DNA of 64,000 nucleotides, from positions 1 to 64,000 of IMG/VR virus record IMGVR_UViG_3300023174_006147; one strand, written 5' to 3'. Positions 59,223 through 64,000 of this stretch are shown piece by piece. Source of the DNA: a virus. The number at the start of each line of letters is the position of its first letter. Position 1 is the first letter of the stretch. The translations under genes were made by a program, and so were the position numbers. The notes under the pieces were generated by a model. It ran no database searches and had not been told where the DNA came from. It saw only the letters and a list, made by a program, of their open reading frames with translations.

Positions 59223-59279
59223 CAGGATCCGCTTGTTTTTCACCAAAAGAAAAATTTAATTGTTTGCGGTATGGATCCT
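59223..59279 (-). ncRNA. scaffold RNA A8 (payload: Gln-UUG-like anticodon arm)
   Basis: AGGATCC-ATA-CCGCA...TTTTTC TTTTGGT GAAAAA...GGATCCTG. Confidence 0.65.
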
Positions 59280-59359
59280 TAAACTTTATAAAAATCATTA
59301 TATACTAACTTATTTATTATGTCAATATCTTTGTTTACTTAAACAGAATAAATATCTAC

Positions 59360-59959
59360 ATGAAAATTCACGAATTATTTACTGAGTCCGATTTACAAGA
59401 AGTTACTCGGCCATCACTAACACAAGCACATCGAAGGCTTCATCAAGCTGGATATTTCAAACTTGGCGAAGGATATTTTGCATCAGTCTTTTATCGTGAA
59501 GGCGAATCATCCGTTCTAAAACTATTCAGCAACAGGGATCTAGGATATATAGATTTTATTCGTTTAGTGGGTGAGAATCCCAATGTGCATTTTCCAAAAT
59601 TCTCAAGACGTGCAAAAGCTATTAAAATCACAGATGGATATTCTGCAATTCGCATGGAATTTTTAAAACCTCTTCCAGAATCAACTATATATGGCTCAAG
59701 TAGACAACTTGGTGATATTGTTTATCAATATATCTTGAAACTTAAACATGGAAAGATAGGTCCAGGTGATGAGGTGGAAATTGATCCTAAAATCGACATT
59801 GAACAATTCATGTTGAAGCTTGAACGAAAGCAACCTGGATTTATTCAGGCTTGTAAACTTATTGCAAACTCCACCCGCAGTGATAGTAACATTGACATTA
59901 GTGAAGAAAATATCATGCTTCGTGGTGGCACTCTTGTTATCACAGATCCACTTTCTTGA
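59360..59959 (+). CDS. protein kinase-like late protein with MKIHELF leader
   Basis: LGEGYFASV, VLK, ME, DISEENIM, ITDP; ATAAATA 5 nt before ATG. Confidence 0.7.
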   Translation: MKIHELFTESDLQEVTRPSLTQAHRRLHQAGYFKLGEGYFASVFYREGESSVLKLFSNRDLGYIDFIRLVGENPNVHFPKFSRRAKAIKITDGYSAIRMEFLKPLPESTIYGSSRQLGDIVYQYILKLKHGKIGPGDEVEIDPKIDIEQFMLKLERKQPGFIQACKLIANSTRSDSNIDISEENIMLRGGTLVITDPLS

Positions 59960-59969
59960 TAATTTAAAA

Positions 59970-60091
59970 CAGGATATACATTTTTTCGTTGCTCTACCAG
60001 ACTGAGCTACTTCCCCATAGGTGGCGGGGAAGGCAGGATTTGAACCTACGACCAACGGCTTGACATGCTAAAATAATGCTGTAGATATCCT
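59970..60091 (-). ncRNA. scaffold RNA A9 (circularly permuted, YrlA-like tRNA domain)
   Basis: AGGATAT-CTA-CAGCA...CGTTG-T arm-CTTCCCC GCCA CCTAT GGGGAAG-D arm-CAACG...ATATCCTG. Confidence 0.8.
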
Positions 60092-60096
60092 AAATC

Positions 60097-60195
60097 TGGA
60101 GCCGAGACACGGAATCGAACCGTATGTGGATTATACCTGGACTCCAAGTATAATTCCTATTGATTCGTACCAGCAACCTACTGGACTTACTCGGC
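60097..60195 (-). ncRNA. tRNA-like RNA (acceptor + T arm + CCA)
   Basis: GCCGAG/CTCGGC TCCA; ACGGTTCGATTCCGT. Confidence 0.6.
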
Positions 60196-60298
60196 ATTAA
60201 TAATTCATTTGTTAGCTTTGCACTAACTCGGTGGTCCTTGCATTCCGTTTCTTCTAACCAGTTGCCCGGCTATTTGAAGAAATACCACTAAACGAATC

Positions 60299-60375
60299 TG
60301 GCGACCTCGAACGGACTCGAACCGTCAACATCCTCCTGGACAGGGAGGCGCTCTAACCAATTGAACTACGAGGCC
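60299..60375 (-). tRNA. tRNA-Asp(GTC)
   Basis: cloverleaf, G73, CCA. Confidence 0.88.
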
Positions 60376-60378
60376 ATT

Positions 60379-60483
60379 AAACTACTTGAAAGAACACACT
60401 CTCTTTAACATGAGTCCTACGAGTGCAAAAATTGAGTTAACAAACTCACTCCCCAATCTTTCATGTGTTCATCAAAATAGTCT
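60379..60483 (-). ncRNA. family-B helix RNA B4
   Basis: AGACTATTTTGA-T-GAACACAT...GTGTGTTC-TTTCAAGTAGTTT. Confidence 0.6.
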
Positions 60484-60596
60484 AATATAATGTTGTTAAT
60501 AATTAATTTGATAATATTTTAAATTAATAAATAAGAGTGTCCATCGCGATACTGGTAATATCCATGGACTCTAATGCGATAGAGGAGCATCAGTGC

Positions 60597-61451
60597 ATGA
60601 ATATTTATATCTGTAAGGTTTGTGGAAAACAATTTCAATCCGTTTATGCAGAGGTTGGTCACCGTCATACTCATTCTCAAAAATGGATTGAAAAACGAAA
60701 AACAAAAGATATTTTGCAAACTAAACCAAAAAAATTACCTATAACTACATTTTTGGATAACAAGTACACTAAGTGGTACTTAAATATTATTCAAAATGCA
60801 ACAATCAATCAAAGAAATAAACCATATGAAACTCATCATATTTTGCCCCGTTGTATGGGAGGAAATAATGATTTAAGTAATCTCATTAGGCTTACTCCCA
60901 GAGAACATCTAATTTGTCATATTCTTTTAACAAAAATGGTTCCAACAGGAACAACCGAGTCATATAAGCTTCATAAAGCCATAATGAGTATGAATAGACA
61001 ATCCGAAAGTCAAAGCAGAATACTCAATACAAAACTGATTGCAAACGCAAAAATAAGATATTTACAACAACATTCAAAAAACATGTCAGGTAAAGGTAAT
61101 CCTATGTTTGGAATGATATGGATCAGCAATCCAGAGAAGCAAGTGTGCCTTCGTATTCAAAAATCCGAACTATCTAAATTTTTAGATGATGGATATATTC
61201 AGAAAAGAATATTAAACTTTGATCTTTATAAAAAGAAAAAGAAGTTATCTCATAAAAATCTAAAGAAAAATACTATCAAGAAAAATATATCTTTTACAGA
61301 AACTAAAGATTTTTATGAAATTCTACATTTAAAATATATTGAATCGGATTTATCTTTACGAGATTTTGCAAAAATACATTATTCAAAATCTCATGTTAGT
61401 TTATATAAATGGTTTGTTAAATTAGGTTTAGAAATTAAAAATAAGAAATAA
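60597..61451 (+). mobile_element. HNH homing endonuclease with Zn finger and NUMOD-like motif
   Basis: ETHHILPRCMGG..N..LTPREH..CH; NPMFG; start after AGGAG. Confidence 0.8.
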
Positions 61452-61455
61452 AAAC

Positions 61456-61544
61456 TGGCTCCTAGGGTGGGGCACGATCCCACAAACCCGACCAAGGGTG
61501 CTCGATTAACAGTCGAGTGCGTCTACCAGTTCCGCCACCTAGGA
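61456..61544 (-). tRNA. tRNA-Asn(GTT) with long variable arm
   Basis: loop CTGTTAA, U1-A72, G73, Leu-type D arm, 89 nt. Confidence 0.75.
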
Positions 61545-61612
61545 ACACAAACAAACAGCTATTCATTTTAGCAATTGTAATCCTGCGATTGTTGTTTGTT
61601 TTTAAAATATTC

Positions 61613-61697
61613 TGGTGCGGATGAAGGGACTCGAACCCCCACATCTTGCGATACTGGTACCTAAAACCAGGGCGTCTACCAATTCCGCCACATCCGC
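61613..61697 (-). tRNA. tRNA-Leu(TAG)
   Basis: long arm + CCA. Confidence 0.92.
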
Positions 61698-61700
61698 ATT

Positions 61701-61763
61701 AAATTTATTATAAGAACACACTAGCTGACTCGTTGCAGAACAATGTGTTCATATAATAAATCT
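61701..61763 (-). ncRNA. family-B helix RNA B5
   Basis: AGATTTATTATA-T-GAACACATT...AGTGTGTTC-T-TATAATAAATTT. Confidence 0.6.
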
Positions 61764-61767
61764 ACAA

Positions 61768-61829
61768 TTTCAAAGAACTAACTTACTTTGTTATGAACTC
61801 ATTATAAGACAAGCAGAAGACACTGTCAA
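61768..61829 (-). promoter_or_regulatory. consensus sigma70 promoter + boxA-like element
   Basis: TTGACA-N17-TATAAT then GTTAGTTCTTTGAAATTGTAG. Confidence 0.75.
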
Positions 61830-61840
61830 CCGCTAATAAC

Positions 61841-61920
61841 GACTTATTTGAAAAACACACTGACTGGAGACTATGTCTAGGGTCCAGTACGGCATTGCAA
61901 TGTGCTTATCGAATAAGTCT
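61841..61920 (-). ncRNA. family-B helix RNA B6
   Basis: AGACTTATTCGA-T-AAGCACATT...AGTGTGTTT-T-TCAAATAAGTC. Confidence 0.55.
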
Positions 61921-61921
61921 A

Positions 61922-62161
61922 TCATAGTGATAAACTCTTTAGAAATTCGTATACTTCATCTTCCGAATCGTATATTCTGTGACAGGATACAGGATGAGTT
62001 AACGCCACTTGTATTTTATCACCAAACTTCCTAATTATTCCAAATCCTGGAAATCTACCGTGACCTGCGGAACGATTGTTCCACCGAGTGCGATAGGCAT
62101 AAGGAAATGAAACGCAGTTATATTCGGTGCCTAGCAATTCAGCACACCTTTCATAGAACAT
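61922..62161 (-). CDS. hypothetical phage protein
   Basis: MFYERCAELLG...RTRWNNR; start after AAGGGA. Confidence 0.5.
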   Translation of the reverse strand: MFYERCAELLGTEYNCVSFPYAYRTRWNNRSAGHGRFPGFGIIRKFGDKIQVALTHPVSCHRIYDSEDEVYEFLKSLSL

Positions 62162-62424
62162 CGATTTCCCTTTATTTAACGGAGGGTTACTCCAACAACT
62201 ATCAAATATAGTTGTCGCCCACCCACAATGCATTTTGGAATTTAAAACTATCGACCTGTTTCGAGAATCATCGTAGGTCCAATACTCCACGTATCCGCCA
62301 CACAGGCTCGTCCACGATTCGCCGCCTGTAGCTAAGATAGTTTAAGGATAAAGCCACTTTCGACTGTGTCAATACCCTGGGTCGCTGTCTTTGTTCTAGA
62401 ATTTATTACACAGTGACCGTAACT

Positions 62425-62501
62425 TGGTGACCCCAACGGGATTCGAACCCGTGTCGTCGCCGTGAAAGGGCGGTGTCCTGGGCCAACTAGACGATGGGGC
62501 C
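62425..62501 (-). tRNA. tRNA-Glu(TTC)
   Basis: cloverleaf + CCA. Confidence 0.9.
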
Positions 62502-62658
62502 GTTTAATAATATATCAGATGTCCCTTTGGGCAAAAGTCCATAGCCTCCATCCATTCTTTTCGCCTCTTTTTCAAGGCACTGGCTATTTTACGGACTACT
62601 CCTTAGATGATGCACTTTACTCTGGATGCGAGTTGTAGCAACATTTCCGATATTATAT

Positions 62659-62738
62659 TGGTGCCTCCGGACAGGTTCGAACTGCCGACACCTGTGGCTT
62701 CAACACAGTGCTCTACCTAAATACTGAGCTACGGAGGC
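62659..62738 (-). tRNA. tRNA-Phe(GAA)
   Basis: loop TTGAAGC, enlarged D loop. Confidence 0.85.
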
Positions 62739-62745
62739 ATTAAAA

Positions 62746-62821
62746 TGGGGTGATCGACGGGTATCGAGCCCGCAACTCCGGATTCACAATCCAGCATGTA
62801 TCCATTAACACCTCGACCACC
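62746..62821 (-). tRNA. tRNA-His(GTG)
   Basis: G-1:C73, CCA. Confidence 0.88.
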
Positions 62822-62924
62822 ATAATCTGTCAGGAGACTTCGGATTTGTACCGCACCGTTTGAGAGTGGCCCCTGCGCACTCAAGGTATTTTCTCTAGGC
62901 TTATATGTGCAGCCTAGTTTAAAA

Positions 62925-63002
62925 TGGTGAAGCATGAGGGACTCGAACCCTCTTTATTCTGGACTGAAAACCCAGTGACCCAACCCGTTAGCCGTATGCT
63001 CC
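62925..63002 (-). tRNA. divergent second tRNA-Glu(TTC)
   Basis: loop TTTTCAG, CCA. Confidence 0.7.
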
Positions 63003-63006
63003 ATTT

Positions 63007-63132
63007 AAACTACTTAGAAGAACGCTGTGATCCCAAACCTCAACGCAGGATTCGAACCTGACCGCGGGCCGTTAATTCCCTATTGATTACGAGCCTTTGG
63101 GTGGCTCAACACAGCATTCATCAAAATAGTCT
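63007..63132 (-). ncRNA. family-B helix RNA B7 carrying a T arm
   Basis: AGACTATTTTGA-T-GAATGCTGTG...CAGGTTCGAATCCTG...CACAGCGTTC-T-TCTAAGTAGTTT. Confidence 0.6.
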
Positions 63133-63201
63133 ACCCTCGTACAGGATTCGAACCCGCGTTACTCCAATCTTAGGAGCGTCCTGCCGCTAGACGAACGAAG
63201 C
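63132..63201 (-). pseudogene. Glu-bodied tRNA-like sequence with aberrant loop and no CCA
   Basis: D arm CGTCTAGCGGCAGGACG, loop TAAGATT, T arm intact. Confidence 0.55.
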
Positions 63202-63296
63202 AAGGCGTAAAATAAGTATACCGTGATCAAATCGGTCTACTTGCGCCTTGGACTACTCTGCCAGTGTGATCAGCACCAGCAAAAACTATATAAAAT

Positions 63297-63372
63297 TGGC
63301 ACAGGTACTAGGACTCGAACCCAGACGAACGGTTTTGGAGACCGTCATGCTAGCCATTAACATCATACCTGC
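63297..63372 (-). tRNA. tRNA-Trp(CCA)
   Basis: cloverleaf, G73, CCA. Confidence 0.9.
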
Positions 63373-63380
63373 ATTTAAAT

Positions 63381-63456
63381 TGGTGCTCTTACCCCGACTT
63401 GAACAGGGAACTCAAGTTTCGTAGACTTGTATGATATCCAGTTCCACCATAAGAGC
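63381..63456 (-). tRNA. tRNA-Arg(ACG)
   Basis: cloverleaf + CCA. Confidence 0.88.
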
Positions 63457-63607
63457 ATTAAAATTGTATTGCACCCTGATCACTTTAGCTGCACAGCCTG
63501 AGAAGGCATTTATCGGTTTTACCAGCAGCGTTCGGTACTCTATGAATACTTCGGATTCATTAACGGGAGGTCTCGGTTACAGTCCCGAAAGGTGCAAAAT
63601 CAGTTAC

Positions 63608-63790
63608 TTACTGGTGGTTTTCTACATGTTCCTGGCACTTTGGACCACAATCCACAGTGGCATCAGCCTTAACGCTGCCATCTGCATTCAATTCAGGAGC
63701 AGCAGTTGCATTGTCAACAGGAGCAGACTCCGAGCAAGCAGCAAGAGTAGCAAGTGCTGCAATAGCAGCAATAGTAAAGAGATTCTTCAT
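63608..63790 (-). CDS. small lipoprotein
   Basis: signal peptide with LAAC lipobox. Confidence 0.7.
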   Translation of the reverse strand: MKNLFTIAAIAALATLAACSESAPVDNATAAPELNADGSVKADATVDCGPKCQEHVENHQ

Positions 63791-63870
63791 TTAAAATATC
63801 CTTTGTTTGAGTTGAAATAATTCAACTTTTTAATAATAAAGCATTTCATGCCCAATGTCAATCGAAATAT

Positions 63871-63955
63871 TGGAGGACCTGGTCGGGGTCGAACCGACAT
63901 TGCACTAAGCGGCGGAGTAAGAATCCGCTGGGTTTACCTATTCTCCTACAGGTCC
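63871..63955 (-). tRNA. tRNA-Lys(CTT) with long variable arm
   Basis: GCGGA-TTCTTAC-TCCGC, extra arm, 85 nt, CCA. Confidence 0.72.
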
Positions 63956-63965
63956 ATGTATATAT

Positions 63966-64000
63966 TGGTGGGTGTGGATGGATTCGAACCAACTCACCCG
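63966..64000 (-). tRNA. 3' part of a tRNA (truncated by window edge)
   Basis: T arm + ACACCCACCA. Confidence 0.7.

Noticed and set aside
39631-60091. Family A elements as simple intrinsic terminators
   Set aside because: The loops are about 40-120 nt with tRNA arms, the unpaired CNGCA is conserved, and the module also occurs permuted inside CCA-ending RNAs. Some do end in short U runs, so a secondary role is not excluded.
39631-63132. Family A/B repeats as a CRISPR array
   Set aside because: They are dispersed, variable in length, covarying rather than identical, their inserts are tRNA-like, and there are no cas genes.
43698-63820. ORF-track ORFs overlapping tRNAs (43698, 43706, 57035, 57702, 58791, 59108, 59696, 61462, 62729, 63431)
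   Set aside because: They are read-throughs of tRNA/ncRNA sequence with no protein features.
1-64000. Bacterial chromosome origin
   Set aside because: T4-type clamp loader and late promoters, Seg/HNH endonucleases, virion proteins and a dense CCA-encoding tRNA array indicate a large phage.

Overview
This window is 64 kb of a large, AT-rich, T4-like jumbo myovirus genome, read almost entirely on the minus strand. A captured RpoC-like fragment suggests an alphaproteobacterial host, though this is inference. 1-31 kb holds core and auxiliary genes: ClpA, ClpP, DnaJ, GroES, SpeD, PhoH, clamp loader, virion proteins including an S8 protease, SufCD-like proteins, SOD, UvsE and split HldE. 31-40 kb is an RNA-repair block: PNK-like kinase, Rnl1 ligase, phosphoesterase, a Ro60/TROVE-like DUF2828-vWA protein and Pth2. 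40-64 kb is a very large tRNA region with about 40 tRNAs, TilS and three homing endonucleases, interleaved with many unannotated structured RNAs. Main result: a family of at least nine small RNAs shares one covarying scaffold (7-bp closing helix + NNN + CNGCA). Each carries a different tRNA-derived payload: a lone anticodon arm, an acceptor-less tRNA, or a circularly permuted YrlA-like tRNA. Three sit directly upstream of the Ro-like gene, and two CCA-ending RNAs carry the same module in permuted form. This looks like a phage Ro-like protein plus a diversified Y-RNA-like tRNA-mimic repertoire. Also notable: (1) a second family of seven helix-scaffold RNAs; (2) ATAAATA-driven proteins sharing an M(R/K)IxE(L/I) leader, which are candidate packaged effectors; (3) among these, an ADP-ribosyltransferase-like protein built from KOW repeats, an RpoC fragment and a sigma70 region 1.1 domain, next to an ADP-ribosylhydrolase; (4) atypical tRNAs (Thr-AGU, long-arm Asn and Lys). 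RNA coordinates were counted by hand and may be off by 1-2 nt. No database searches were run.
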